Of a stretch of DNA of 64,000 nucleotides, positions 35,041 through 47,717 are shown piece after piece; position 1 is the stretch's first letter, and the number at the start of each line of letters is the position of its first letter. Position numbers and translations under genes: made by a program. The notes under the pieces are model-generated. The model saw nothing but the letters and a program-made list of their open reading frames with translations. It was not told the DNA's origin and did no database searches. The stretch comes from Mobula hypostoma. Taxonomy: Eukaryota. The DNA lies in NCBI RefSeq assembly GCF_963921235.1, contig NC_086122.1:27466001-27530000 (forward strand). Direction: 5' to 3'.

Positions 35041-35584
35041 TCCAGTGTTACCTTGTATCATTAGTTGTCAGGGGCCAAGATACCAACCTGACCAATGCTG
35101 CTCAGATCCTGAAAAGTAAAGGAAAACATTTAAAAAATGTTGCAAGTCAACCTCATGAGGAGATCTAACGGGAGGTTGAACTTGGAGAGACAAAGAAGGG
35201 ATGAGTCAGATGTGGGAATGGGAAGAGCCATTAAAGCTTTAGGCTATTTTGTTAAATTGATATTGGGTTCTGGAGATTATCTTGCAGACAAGCGCTACTC
35301 ATATCATGTTATCTCTTGGAATCAATAAGCTGATGATTTAGTCCTGGTTATGGATTCTTCTTTTAAATATCTTAAGTGCTTACTGGCTCTACGGAGCCTA
35401 AATTCCAGTGCAAATACACCCGTCCGCTCCTCTGTTGAAATTCTTAACAATCCTGTGTGCTTTTCATCCTAATGTTGAGTAACGATCTAGAACAGCTGCA
35501 TTCCTAAACCATTATGTAGCGTCTTGCCTTTGGTTGGTACTCGAATTTTATTCTTCCTGATCTTTGCAAATGAGATAATATACG

Positions 35585-36135
35585 TAGAACATAGAACAGT
35601 ACAGCACAGGAACAGGCCCTTCAGCACACAATGTTGAGCTGAACCAGCTAAAAAGTAAATTTAAAAAACCCAAAAAGCTACATCTTCCTACTTATATAAT
35701 GTCCATATCCCTCCAACTTCCTCGTATTCATGCATCTATCTAAATATCTCTTAAAACGTCCCTCATCTATTTGCCTCTACCACCAAACTAGGCAGCGCAT
35801 TCTAGGCATCCTTCACTCTCTCCGTAAAAAACTTACCCCTCATATCCCCTTTGAACCTACCCCCCTCATCTTCAATGTGTGCCGTCTGATGTTAGACAGT
35901 TCTACCCTGGGGAGAAAGATATTCTCTGTCTACTCTATCTGTGCCTCTCATAATCTTATAAATCTCTACCAGATCTCCCCTCAGCCTCCGCCTCTCCAGA
36001 GAAAATAGCCCAAGTTTATCCAGCCTCTCACGATAGCACATGCCCTCTAAACCAGGCAGCATCCTGGTAAACCTCTTCTGCACCCTCTTCAAAGCCTCAA
36101 CATCCTTCCTATCATGGGGAAACCAGAACTGTCTT
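35585..36135 (-). mobile_element. CR1 LINE 3' fragment
   Basis: ORF 35892-36140(-) QFWFPHDRKDVEALKRVQKRFTRMLPGL, with a TAGAACA tail. Confidence 0.9.
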
Positions 36136-36157
36136 GACACAAAACGTTGACAAGGTC

Positions 36158-36700
36158 ATAGAAAAGTACAGCACAGAAAACAGGCCCTTCAGCCCATCTA
36201 GTTTGTACTGAGCCATTTAAACTGCCAACTCCCATCGACCTGCACAGGGACCAGAGCCCTCCACGCCCCTTCCATCCATGTACCTATTCAAACTTCTCTT
36301 AAACGTTGAAACTGAGGTTGAAAGCACCACACGCACTGGCAGCTCATTCCACACTCTCACGATCCTCCAAGTGAAGAAGTTTCCCCTCATGTTCCCCTTA
36401 AACTTTTTGACTTTCACCCTATGACCTCTGGTTGTAGTCCCACCCAACCTCAGTGCCTGCTTGCATTTACCCTATCTACACCCTCATAATATAGTATACC
36501 TCTATCAAATCTCCCCTCAATCTTCTATGTTCCGAGGAAGAAAGTCCTAACTTATTCAATCTTTCATTATAACTCAGGTCCTCCAGACCTGGCAACATCC
36601 TTGCAAATTTTCTCTGTACTCTTTAACCTTATTTCCATCTTTCCTGTAGGTAAGTGACCAAAACAGCACACAATACTCTAAACTGGGCCTCACCAATGTC
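36158..36700 (-). mobile_element. CR1 LINE 3' fragment (second subfamily)
   Basis: KTLVRPSLEYCVLFWS and TRGHRVKVK...NFFTWRIVRVWNELP. Confidence 0.9.
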
Positions 36701-37698
36701 TTATGATTGTCCATTTCCCTCCACAGATGCTGCCTGACCCATTGAGTTCCTCCAGCAGTTTGTTTTTTTCTGCTTAGCTCCAACTAAGATGCCTACAACA
36801 TTGTCCGAAATACCAAGGTTGAGGGACATGGTTGTGAGTGTGTTGCATCTGTCCCATTGTCGAGTGAAAGGTGAAAAATCGGGGTGAGGGCACTGGTGAG
36901 CTGGAAAAAGCAGCAACTCTGGCCGTGTCTCTGTGATAGCCCTGCTGGAGAAATGGGAGCCACACTGGCTAGAATTGAATATTTGCATTAAATAATATTT
37001 GAAACCATTCAGCATTTCACCTTTGAAAAGTTTATCTCAACCATCGGCCTTGAGGGCAGCACATTTAAGCAATTAAGATGCTAATTATAAAGAGAAGGAA
37101 GTGTAAACTTAAAGAGTTATATAAAAAGTTTATAGTAATTGGGTTTAGACTCACAGCCATGAGTTTTGTGGACATTCCCTGGAGTATTCATTTAAAGACT
37201 GACACTGCTTTGAAAGTTGCAGAGGTGGGGGACACTTATTGATTCAAAGGAAAATAGGCCCCTCTCCTCTGGTATGCAGGAGTTACACAGGATATTAAAG
37301 ACTCCCAGTATTTTATTGTGAGGGACCTTGCAGAGGGGGAGGGGGAAATATTTCCTAAGTCTTTAATTGACTTTAAATGGCTGTAATATATTTGCCTGCT
37401 ATTAAAAGCATCAGGAATAGTTTATTTTTTTTATCCTCTTAGCTATTCAAATTTTCACTATGAGCATTTTCTAAGACTTAGTAAAATGATCCAATGTTGA
37501 GGAATCATTTGGATAAACTTTGAAAAATTGTTGTGTTTAGGCCACAAATCTATGGAATAATGTATTCTGTAACAACTCAGACCTGCATCCTGTAAATATG
37601 TACATTATTTTTGCAACATGCATTTTATAAAAAGTTGTCTTTGCAGATTGAGCACTTTGAGTAGATTAAATGGATGTTTGTTTCATACTGTAGGATAC

Positions 37699-38201
37699 CT
37701 ACAGATGTACCATGGAGAGCATTCTAACTGGCTGCATCATTGTCTGGTTTAGTGGGGTGGGGGAGGGCTACTGCACAGGACAGAAGTAAACTGCAGAATG
37801 ATGTAAACTCAGTCAGCTCCATCATGAACACTAGCCTCTGTAGTATCCAGGACATCTTCAAGGAGTGATCCCTCAGAAAGGCTGCATCCATCATTAAGGA
37901 CCCCCATCACCCAGGTCATGCCTTGTTCTCATTGCTACCATCAGGAAGGAGGTACAGGAACCTGAAGACACACACTCAGAGATTCAGGAACAGCTTCTTC
38001 CCCTCTGCCATCCGATTTCTGAATGGACATTGAACCCATGAACACTACCTCACTATTGATTTCTATTTAACTATTTAATACAAGTTTATACTTACTGTAA
38101 TTCAGTTTTTATTTCCATTATTATGCATTGTGTTTTCTGCTGCCACAGAGTCAACAAATTTCAGGACATATGCAAATGATATTAAACCTGATTCTAATTC
38201 T
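37699..38201 (+). mobile_element. Rex1/Babar LINE 3' fragment
   Basis: YRCTMESILTGCIIVW...KDPHHPGHALFSLLPSGRRYRNLKTHTQRFRNSFFPSAIRFLN, with tail ATTAAACCTGATTCT. Confidence 0.85.
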
Positions 38202-39451
38202 AAACAGATTAACTTTTGGTTTATTATCGTACAAATATCATGCAGTCATCCAGTGTATTGTACCAAAGAATTGCTCCACTAATTGATTAATCTTTTCCTG
38301 CCTAAACAGAATGCCATCCAAACTAATAGCAGTATGCTTTGCTAATTAAAAAATGATATTACTATCCTGTCAGTGTTGATATGTTGGTTACAGATTACCC
38401 ATAATCCAGTTTATGTAGTAATAAATGAAAATTTTAAACCATGTCTCTTCTGAGCATTTCTGTCATAGTTATCTCGATTTAGAGACAGAGTCATTAAAAG
38501 TTTCATACATATTTGAAGCTTCAGTAGAAAGCTAAGTTTCCAAAATGTGGGTCTGACAAAATGCATCTATTTGTTAAGTGCACCTTGCCTTTTACATTTG
38601 CATATGTTTCCAGTAGTTTGATTTGCACAATTATAATTGTCCTAGTCACTAAATATTCCACATGTTTAACCATAAATGACCGAAGATTAGCTTTGTTGTC
38701 GGCGGAAGTAAAGAAAAATTACAGCAAAGCTTCATAATACATCATTCTAATTTGTGCTGTATCCATTTGCTCTCCTGTGCTGTGCTGCATCTTTAGGCAG
38801 CCCCAGGGCAGGAAGGAACCTATTGTAAACAAGCCTTCAAAGTTAACTGGAAAATCCGCTACAAATGCCTTTAATAAATAAACCAAAGAGGACCAGCTGA
38901 TCATTAACTAAATAGAGAGGTTTCAATCCGATTGCTTGCTGTATTGCTGCTAACCTTGTGGTTAAACACAGTCCCCACCATGCCCACTAAAGACTGAGAA
39001 AACAAAATCCCTCCTCCTCCTCCCTCTCTTCACCAATCATAATTGTTCCATCATTTTAAATCTAATTAACTATACTTTCTTCCCTTCTTGATCTCCTTGT
39101 TCATTCTTTAAATATTTACTTTACAACCTGCCTACTTTTGTTCTATCCATCTACTTGCCTGACTTTGCTCTTTGCTGTTTTCTTTCTCTGTCTAATTTAC
39201 ATACTAGTCTCACAAGCTCCTTAACTACTACGTCAGACCACTTTATAAACTTCGTATGAGGGATCTTTGACACCCGTCATTAGAATGCAACCATTGTCAG
39301 CCTGACAGAATTTGCCGGTGACCAGGACAGATCTGACCTGTCATAAATTCAGGATCTCTGTCCAAGTTCATCTCCTTTTCATACTGAGGTATTTGGCTGA
39401 TGCAAGTTTATTGACCTGAAATATTGACTGTTTCTTTTCTCACAAATGCTG

Positions 39452-39946
39452 TGTCACAACCAGGGGTCGTTTTTTAAAGAGAGGGATTTTTTTTCTCAGT
39501 GTCACCTCATGCATTTGCATTGTCTTCAGACTGTTTACCCTATTGTTAAATTCTTTGTCTTTGGAAGAGCTCTGGTTTTCCTTCACTTTGATTTGCAGGT
39601 GTCTCATTTGGTATTATGAGGATTGTCAAACTCTTTCAATTTATCACTTTTTAAATTTGGGATTATTTAATTCACACAGTAATGTCAATGTCCAGAATTC
39701 CTACGCACTCCAGGGTGTATTTCAGTGGGGGGCATGCCAACCCATCTTTGTTGGGTCATTGTGGTGAAATGCAGACTGAGCTCTTTTGTGTCTCAGGAGT
39801 AATTTCGATTCATCAAGATTTTGTACTGTTTGACTGAGCTCTTGTTATTTCTTTTACGAGTTAATGCTCATAATAAATCGTCAGTCTTGTTTGAATCACC
39901 GAAGTCTCTGTGATTCATGCACCGGCGTTCACTAGCGACCCCCACA
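39452..39946 (+). mobile_element. Solo LTR (about 495 bp) inserted in an old PLE pseudo-LTR
   Basis: TGT...ACA ends, subterminal GGGGTCG/CGACCCC, AATAAA at about 39872, 5-bp TSD TGCTG/CGCTG. The flanks rejoin as PLE sequence. Confidence 0.75.
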
Positions 39947-40239
39947 CGCTGTTCGACCAACTGAGTGTTTCCAACGTTTTGTGCAGATCTGTCATCTGTA
40001 GTTAGCCATCATCTGCAAAACTTTGCTCTAAAGTGAGCAACAAGTCTACTTGATTTTATTACAACCAGGCAATGGATCCATGCAACCAAATGAAATTTAA
40101 TGATTGAATATTAATGTAATATACAGTAAATTTTCATAAAAATCTTCAGTAAATAAGTCTACTGTTGGGATGATTTCCCTAGCGTTTGTTGTAGTTCCAT
40201 TAGTCTTTGACTAGGAGATAATACGACTGACCCAGTTTT

Positions 40240-40387
40240 ACAAGCAAGAGAAAATCTGCAGATGCTGGAAATCCGAGCAACATACATAATCCTGCCAAGG
40301 GGTTTCGGCCCGAAACGCCGACTGTACTCTTTTCCATAGATGCTGCCTGGCCTGCTGAATTCCTCCAGCATTTTGTGTGTGTTGCAC
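40240..40387. mobile_element. Short inverted PLE pseudo-LTR pair
   Basis: Minus-oriented 3' end at 40240-40290, then plus-oriented GGGTTTCGGCCCGAAACGCCGACTG...GTGTGTTGC. Confidence 0.75.
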
Positions 40388-40419
40388 AGTTTTACAAGGC
40401 TTGAGTTAGGTGGAAGCGA

Positions 40420-40812
40420 TAACCAAAGAGATTCTGCAGTTGCTGGAAATGTTAAGCAGCACCAACAAGGTGCTGGAGGAAATCAGCAAGTCAGGCTGCA
40501 TCTATGGAAGGCAATAAGCAATTGCGATGTTGAGCTGAGACCCTTCATCAGGGCTGGAAAGGAAGGGGAGAGCAGAAGGTGGGGGGGCTACAAAGTGGCA
40601 GGTGATAGGTGAGACCAGGTGAGGGGGGAGATGTGTGAGTGGGGGAGACGTTGTATGGGTGCCAACTTGTACTCCTTCCCCTCCCTGCACCTTCTTATTC
40701 TGACCCCTACCTCCTTACTTTCCAGGCCTGATGAAGAGTCTTGACCGGAAACTTCGACTGTTTGTTCCCCTCCATATCTGCTGTCTGGCTTGCTGAGTTT
40801 ATCCAGCACTTG
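40420..40812. mobile_element. Inverted PLE pseudo-LTR pair with two hammerhead motifs
   Basis: Minus arm at 40420-40650 and plus arm at 40660-40812. CTGATGA at 40728-40734 and GAAAC-TTC-GACTG at 40748-40760. Confidence 0.8.
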
Positions 40813-41529
40813 TACAGGTAGAAGTTATTTTTCTTGATTTTTTTGAAGCAAAGGTTATACTCCCAAATGTGTACGCAACTAGTATCCACTAACAATTTGG
40901 TATGGATAAGTGTTCTTCAACTCATCGGGTAGGCAAGGTAGTCTACTGGATTAGAATGAGTTGTCAGTTCACAGATGGAGGCCAACATGTGTGAACATGA
41001 GTACCAGCAGCACGTTCCAACCAGTGAAGTGTGAGGCAAACAACATGTTTATTGAGAGAAAAACATTCATCACAAACAAAACATTTCGGAAAGAAGGAAG
41101 GTCAAAAATGACAAAAATTCGTAGGTAAAACATATGTTGTTTGTGGGGCAGTTGTCGTGAGGGAGAAAATATCTAACAATACCAGTTGAGGAAGGAAACT
41201 TGAGGAAGGACGAATAGTATGAGTGAAAACAAGAAAAAGGGGAACATGGCTGAAAATGAAATAAAGGTTCCAGGAACTAAATGTGGAAAAAATAAATAGA
41301 ATTCAGATGTTAATTTTTAGAAATATATGCAGATAATGAGTTTGATGCAGAAGACATCCACAAGCTCCATGGTCTTTAATGCCCATTTAGACTGAGTCTT
41401 TGAAAAGTGCCCCCAGTGGAGCTTTATGTTTGATTTTGAGTAACTTAGGAGGCATCAGGACAATAACAAAATCAGTCTCTTGCACAGAGTAATTTTAATA
41501 AATATTAACATATTAACATTTTAACATCT

Positions 41530-41845
41530 GGGGCAGCACGGTAACGTGGCAGTTAGCACAACGCTTTACAACGTTAGCTGTAAGATCAGGGTTCAATTCC
41601 CACTGCAGTCTGTAAGGTGTTTGTGCAGTCTCCCCATGACCACATGGATTTCCTCTGAGTGCCCTGGTTTCCTCCCTCATTCTCTTTATGTACGCTTAGT
41701 GAGTTGTGGGCATACTATGTTGGCATTGGAAGCGTGGTGACACTTGTGATACCATGGTAACTTATGCTAATTAAATTTGATGCAAACAATGCATTCCACT
41801 CTAGGTTCCAATGTATGGGTGACAACAAAAGCTAATGTTTATCTT
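41530..41845 (+). mobile_element. tRNA-derived V-SINE
   Basis: GGGCAGCACGGTAACGTGGCAGTTAG head, GGTTCAATTCC B box and V-domain. Confidence 0.8.
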
Positions 41846-41893
41846 CTAGTCCTAGAGGTAATTGTTGTTCTACTAATTCAATTCAGGCTAAAG

Positions 41894-41968
41894 CAGGGGT
41901 TCCCAACCTGGGACCCCCGCTCAGTTAATGGGTGGGGTCCATGGCATAAAAAAGATTGGGGACCCCTG
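41894..41968. mobile_element. 75-bp hAT MITE (same family as 7577-7655, opposite orientation)
   Basis: CAGGGGTTCCCAA / TTGGGGACCCCTG TIRs, 8-bp TSD GGCTAAAG / GCCTAAAG. Confidence 0.85.
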
Positions 41969-42944
41969 GCCTAAAGTCTGCTCAAAATTATTGCAAATAA
42001 GTATTGTTTCTTTTACATGCACCCAATAAGATATATTGACAGTGTTAGAATTCAAAAGAACTTTAATGCATTTAACCTGCCCAGCTGTCTGCGGTGACTG
42101 GATTAAGATCTTTATTAATTTAACGTATTCAGAGTGTTGAAGCATGAGTTTTAATGATCCTTACCTTTCACAGCACTCTTCCATAACTTGTTTACTCGGA
42201 AGAATTTATCAAAATCACAGAGCTGATACGGTCTCCGTGTATTCCATGACAGAGCTGGAGATCTCTGTTGTGCGATGTCATACCTATCCTCGCTTACAAC
42301 TTGTAAATAATGTGAATGAAAAGCTGAAAACTTTGCTCACTATTCTTTGCTCAGTTGCAGTGGGTAGGAGAAGATCCTACTTCTTTACCTGCCTTCACTG
42401 TGGTTTATATTTGATGGACTTGCTTTCATTGTTCTACCTACATTTTTCACCAGGGTTGCACAACTTCCTTAATGCCTTCTTTATTTTAATGTGATTAAAT
42501 GTTTTCAATAAAGTTATATAAATATATGATAAAAGAAACAACTCAACTTGCCTGGAGAAAACTTTAAGGATTATTGTAATTGTGAAGACAAAGAAAGAAT
42601 CATGCCTTGTCTCATGATGCACAATCTATGAACTTTGATATTCTTGCTGAGTACAAGGTCAGATTATTAGTATTAATATGCTCATTATTGACTTTGGTTC
42701 ATTTCCTTTGAACTACACCATGAACAGAACGAGACTAAAAACAGCTATTATGTTGTGGCAGATAAAGTTCCTGACATGTCTAGTGTCTGAGACACATGAT
42801 AATGAAGAAGTCACATGTTGGGTCCAGTGACTATTTACCATAAACCAGTGTAAAGTGTTTGGAATTTGGCCACATTAGATGAATAGGTTTGTTGTAGTTG
42901 TAAGCATTTGAGCAGTTGCTGATTTACAGAGTAATATTTAAAGA

Positions 42945-43165
42945 TAAAGATAAAGATTAGATTCTTTTTGTGTCACCACCTTCCTGATGCAAACGTATCA
43001 TGCTGTACCCACAACTCACTAATCCTAGCTGCACATCTTTGTAAAGTGGGAGGAAATTGGAGCATTCAGTGGAAACCCATGCACTCCCAGGGAGAATATA
43101 CGAGCTCCTTGCAGACAGGAGTTTCAACCCTAATCTTACAGCTAACACTGTAAAGTGTTGTACTG
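42945..43165 (-). mobile_element. tRNA-derived V-SINE (decayed)
   Basis: Reverse complement resembles 41530-41845, with an AAAGAT tail. Confidence 0.65.
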
Positions 43166-43459
43166 TCAGCTTCTCACTGGGTTCTTTCAGTCTGTGGAGA
43201 TGAGAGCAGGATTGAAAGTAGTTTAAATCTCTTAGCTATGCAGTCATTATAAGACCATAAGACATAGGTATCGTATACCCACTAGTGTACTTCGCCCATT
43301 CGTACTGGCCGCTATCTTACTGGAGTGCCATATTGGACCCTTTCAACTTGCTTTTACCTCTACCAGGGAAAGTCATCCATCCGAACACAACCCCACTGGG
43401 TAAGATGCCAATCATGTTAGGGAGATTGTGTGAGGGACCCCCTTTTGAACAGAAGAGGG

Positions 43460-44120
43460 TAACTACACTCATCTATTGAGATATTTCCACGGCCCATGAT
43501 TTCACTTTAAGGACTCTTTATCTGGTTATTTCATGTTCTCGTTATTTATTTCTATTTATTTATATTTACACTTGCGCAGTGTGCACGACCCACCCAGCCA
43601 ACACACTTTTCGTCCCTCTTCCCTCCAGAAGAAGGCTCAGGAGCTTGAAGACTCGTACGGCCAGATTTGGGAACAGCTTCTTTCCAACTGTGACAAGACT
43701 GCTGAACGGATCCTGACCCGGATCTGGGCCGTATCCTCCAAATATCCGGACCTGCCTCTTGTTTTTTTTTGCACTACCTTACTTCCCATTTTTCTATTTT
43801 CTATTTATGATTTATAATTTAAATTTTTAATATTTACTAATTTTAACTATTTTTAATATTTAATATTTGTAATCCAGGGAGTGTGAGGCGCAGAATCAAA
43901 TATCGCTGTGATGATTGTACATTCTAGTACCAATTGTTTGGTGACAATAAAGTATAAAGTATGAAGTTTGTTGTCTTCTATGCTCTACTTGAGCTTTTAT
44001 CGCTCCAGTTATAGGTACTATTCTCTGGATTTGCAGAGTAAGCCCACAGGAAAAAGAATCTTGGGGTTGCTTGTAGTGACATGTATGTACTCTGATAATA
44101 AATTTTACTTTGAACTTTGA
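43460..44120 (+). mobile_element. Nested Rex-Babar-type LINE 3' ends (inner fragment at about 43580-43965)
   Basis: Inner HPANTLFVPLPSRRRLRSLKTRTARFGNSFFPTV with an AAAGTAT tail. The outer tail ends ACTTTGAACTTTGA. Confidence 0.7.
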
Positions 44121-44605
44121 TAAGAATATAGCATTAGCAGTGCTCAATATGTATACAAGATTAGATGTTCTTCCCTGGAAAAAACATGTGTGAGTACAAT
44201 AGGTATCTTAAAACCAGATTGATACTCCAACTAAATTTCTGATTAAGTAAACCGAATCATGGTTGGGGAGAGATGATGTTTCATGGTTGTAATGTGAGGG
44301 AACTGGCGGAAGATTATTGTAATCCACAGCAGCAACAGCAGAAAGTGACTGCTGTGCAGCGAATTTATGCATAAGTTTCTAATGTGTGTTGCCTGCTGGT
44401 GCCGGGGAAAGGATATCTCCTTGGCGTGGAGATGGTTTTAAAGTGGAAAGGCAAATATCTAGTTGTAAGTACAGAAGCGAAAACAACATTGGTAGGTTTT
44501 AGGTGGAAGCCCAGCTGAGGAAGAACGTGTGTCCAGGATCTAAATTATGAAACAGAATCACAAATATTATTCCTCCTAATTACCAGCTGAGCAACATGCA
44601 AGCTG

Positions 44606-44977
44606 GCATCATCATCACCATTATGTGTCATGTCGTATGACATAGGAGATGATGGTCTCATACAATCTCAGCAAATTTTTACAGAACTACTTTGCCATTG
44701 TCTTCTTCTTGGCTGTGTCTTTATGAGATTGGTGACCCCAGCCATTATCAATACTCTTCAGAGATTGTCTGCCTGGCATCAGTGGTCACATAACTAGAAC
44801 TCGTGATGTGCAGCAGCTGCTCGTACGACCATCCACCACCTGCTTCCATGGCTTCACATGACCCTGATCGGGGGGCTAAGCAGGTGCTACATCTTACCCA
44901 AGGGCGACCTGCAGGCTAGCAAAGGAAAGAGCCCCTACTCCTCCTTTGGTAGTGCTGTATCTCCACCCTGCCACCCA
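44606..44977 (-). mobile_element. Non-autonomous RTE-type retroposon, family F4
   Basis: Full-length reverse-complement homolog of 16800-17168 with a (CAT)n tail. Confidence 0.85.
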
Positions 44978-45329
44978 AATGCTCGCAAAATGTCATTAAG
45001 ATGGGAGTGTTGAATCCTCAGAAACCGACTCAAGGTGCCCAATTCAAGGGGCACTGGTACCAGTAATTGGGAAAGTGGAAGCTGTTCTGTTGAATTGGGC
45101 CGGGATTCATGTCTAGGCAACTTTTATCTTAAGTTACATTGAAAGAATCAAACTGGTGGAGGTAGTCTTGAAGCTGAGTTCATGCAACATGTGCAGGAAA
45201 GCTTCTTTAAACATAATGTTGTGGAACCAAGTTGCAAATTTAAAAATTATATTGCTCATGAGAATCATTGGTCCAGTACTTGTGTCTTGAGCTTAAATAA
45301 AGGCAAAGGTGCTAATTGGGATCTGGGTT

Positions 45330-46545
45330 AACTGCACTGGGAAATTAGATTGAAGGTAAGATGATAGATACACATAGTAAAAAGTTAAAAGAAAAGCTTT
45401 TCATTACCTTATGAAGGGTGATCCTTTTGTGATTTCCACCTTGATAGGGAGAATAAAGAAGCAAACTGTTGCTTAAATGGAGGGAGAGTAGAGACTGCTA
45501 TCCTATACCGAGGTGTGGAAGCACTCATACGTAAAACAAGGAAACTAAGCACTTAGACAGGAAATAATTTAGAAAGCAAATTGAATGTTGGTTTTAATTA
45601 CAAGGAGGTTTCAGTCCCAAACTAAGAAAATCTGAGAAGGGAATTAGCTGGAGAAAACCTGGATAATTGCAAACATCTTTGATCTTATTTAAGGAGCAAT
45701 ATATTTGCATTAGATATCATTCAAAGTCCACAAGGTATGAAGGATTTGTCTTATGAGGAACAACTGAATAAGTTCTATGACTCTGAGATGGGCTTATGCT
45801 CTTCGGGAAACATATAAATTTTGAGGATTTTCAGCAGTTGACTGTATTCTTTCCTCATGAGAAACCTAGAACTAGGGAGCTCTGTGCAGAACCATAAGCA
45901 CTCCACTGTTGTATATCTATGTATATGTCAATGGTCATTTGTTACATGCCATATTGTATGACGTACACGATTATTGTCTTTCCATGACCGTGATTGTTTG
46001 GCAAATTTTTCAACAGAAGCGGTTTGCCGTTGCTTTCTTCTGGGCAGTGTCTTTACAAGATGGGCGACCCCAGCCATTATCAATATTCCTCAGAGATTGT
46101 CTGCCTGGCGTCAGTGGTCGCATAACCAGATCTTGTGATGTGCACCAGCTGCTCATACGACCATCCACCACCTGCTCCCATTGGCTTCACGTGACCCTGA
46201 CTGGGGGACTAAGCAGGTGCTACACCTTGTCCAAGGGTGGCCTGCAGACTCGTAGAGGGAAGGAGCACCTTGCACCTCCTCTGGTGGAAATGTATCTCAA
46301 CCCCGGCGCCCAAGTGTCAATGGTGAATTGCCATAAAGACTGCTTATTCTCCAGGACAGAAAGCAGAGGCTCCAGAGAAGATGAGATGGATGAAATTTTG
46401 GTCTATAGGGAGTCAAGTATTATGGAGCTTAGGTAGGAATATGGATTTGAGTCTAAGAACAGACTAGCCATGATCCAATACTGATGTAGAACAGGATTGA
46501 AGGGCTGAACAAGCTGCTCCCACTCTTCCTTTTCATGTTCCTTTG
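45330..46545 (+). mobile_element. Old CR1 LINE 3' fragment interrupted by an F4 element
   Basis: Decayed MKDLSYEEQL-like segment at about 45737-45770 and 3' hairpin GAGGGCTGAACAAGCTGCTCC at about 46500. Confidence 0.55.
45935..46312 (-). mobile_element. Non-autonomous RTE-type retroposon, family F4
   Basis: Homologous to 16800-17168 and 44606-44977. Confidence 0.85.
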
Positions 46546-47717
46546 GAGTCAGTCTTCTTCAGTTTGCAAAAACTATGATTGACAAAATTCCATTTCTACA
46601 TTTAGGGGAGAGAGAGAAAAAAAGATTTGTGGGAATCAAGTCAGCTTAACACTGGCATGCTTTAAAGTGAAAGTATTATTAAAATGATTTGGTGTGCAAC
46701 TAAAATGGTAAGATGCAAATTAAAATGAAAAATGAACCGTTTGTGTCATCTGCTTTCATTTCAATCACTTCTCCTCTTGTTCTTCGTTGGCTCACCGCAA
46801 TCATAGCTCATCATAAAATTCTGGATCTCAGAGCTTCAGTGACTGTATGTCACTGCCTCAAAGAAGAAAGGCTGGTCTGATACAGAGATACAGACTCTCG
46901 CAGTATGCTAAACTGCTAGAAGACTCTACATAGATAATGCACGGCTAGAACTTCCTGAAGCTTCTACAGTTCATTCATTCATCTATCTTGTCGATATCCA
47001 TTATCACCGCAGACAAGTGTTTGGTACCTATTCGGCTTTCATAATACATTGTCTTCAGGCTTTTCTATTAAGAGAGTGATAGTAGATTTATCATTTTCAA
47101 TATGACCATAGACGGGACAACTTCTTACCAAATCATTCTACATTTCACTGGAATCTCACTTCTGTGTTCTAGAGAAGAGATTGTCTTTACCACATTTCAC
47201 CACCAACATTATACAAAGAGTGCTTACAGTTCTTTATAGTGATCCAGAGGTTTTCAGTTCCAGAACAGAAATTGCAGGTGAGCTTTTGCTCTTTTGCTTT
47301 AAACCAGAACATCCCTGACCGACTACAGACCACAACTCCCCCACACACCCCCCACAGACCATTAAGACGTCCCCCCCTCTCTGACAGTGTCCAACTTGTC
47401 TAATCTAGCATTCAGCATCGGCGTCCCCAGAGGATAACCACATGTTCATGTGTGCATTTGAAGATATCCATGAACACTGGAGTTCTGGAGTTTACCCAGG
47501 ATGATGATCAAGTATTTTACGCTTAACCTCTGATAATTTATTCTGTGCAGTAAAATTATTCTGAAAAAATAAGACAAGGTTAATTTACAAATGGAAACTT
47601 ATGAAGTGATTAAAGATTATCAGGAAGTTAGGTGAGCATTGGAATACTCAATACAATGTATGAACCACGTTTTGAATTGGGTTGGCCTGATTTCTAGAGG
47701 AAACTAATAATTTAATT

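Noticed and set aside
43270-43460. Unassigned GC-balanced segment between a CR1-like tail and a Rex-type tail
   Set aside because: No frame gave a recognisable protein, and no termini or second copy were found.
45909-46436. 175-aa ORF
   Set aside because: Antisense read-through of an F4 retroposon.
46740-47290. Unique segment ending at a donor-like CAG/GTGAG (about 47277)
   Set aside because: No sustained open frame or clear acceptor, so it cannot be supported without transcript data.
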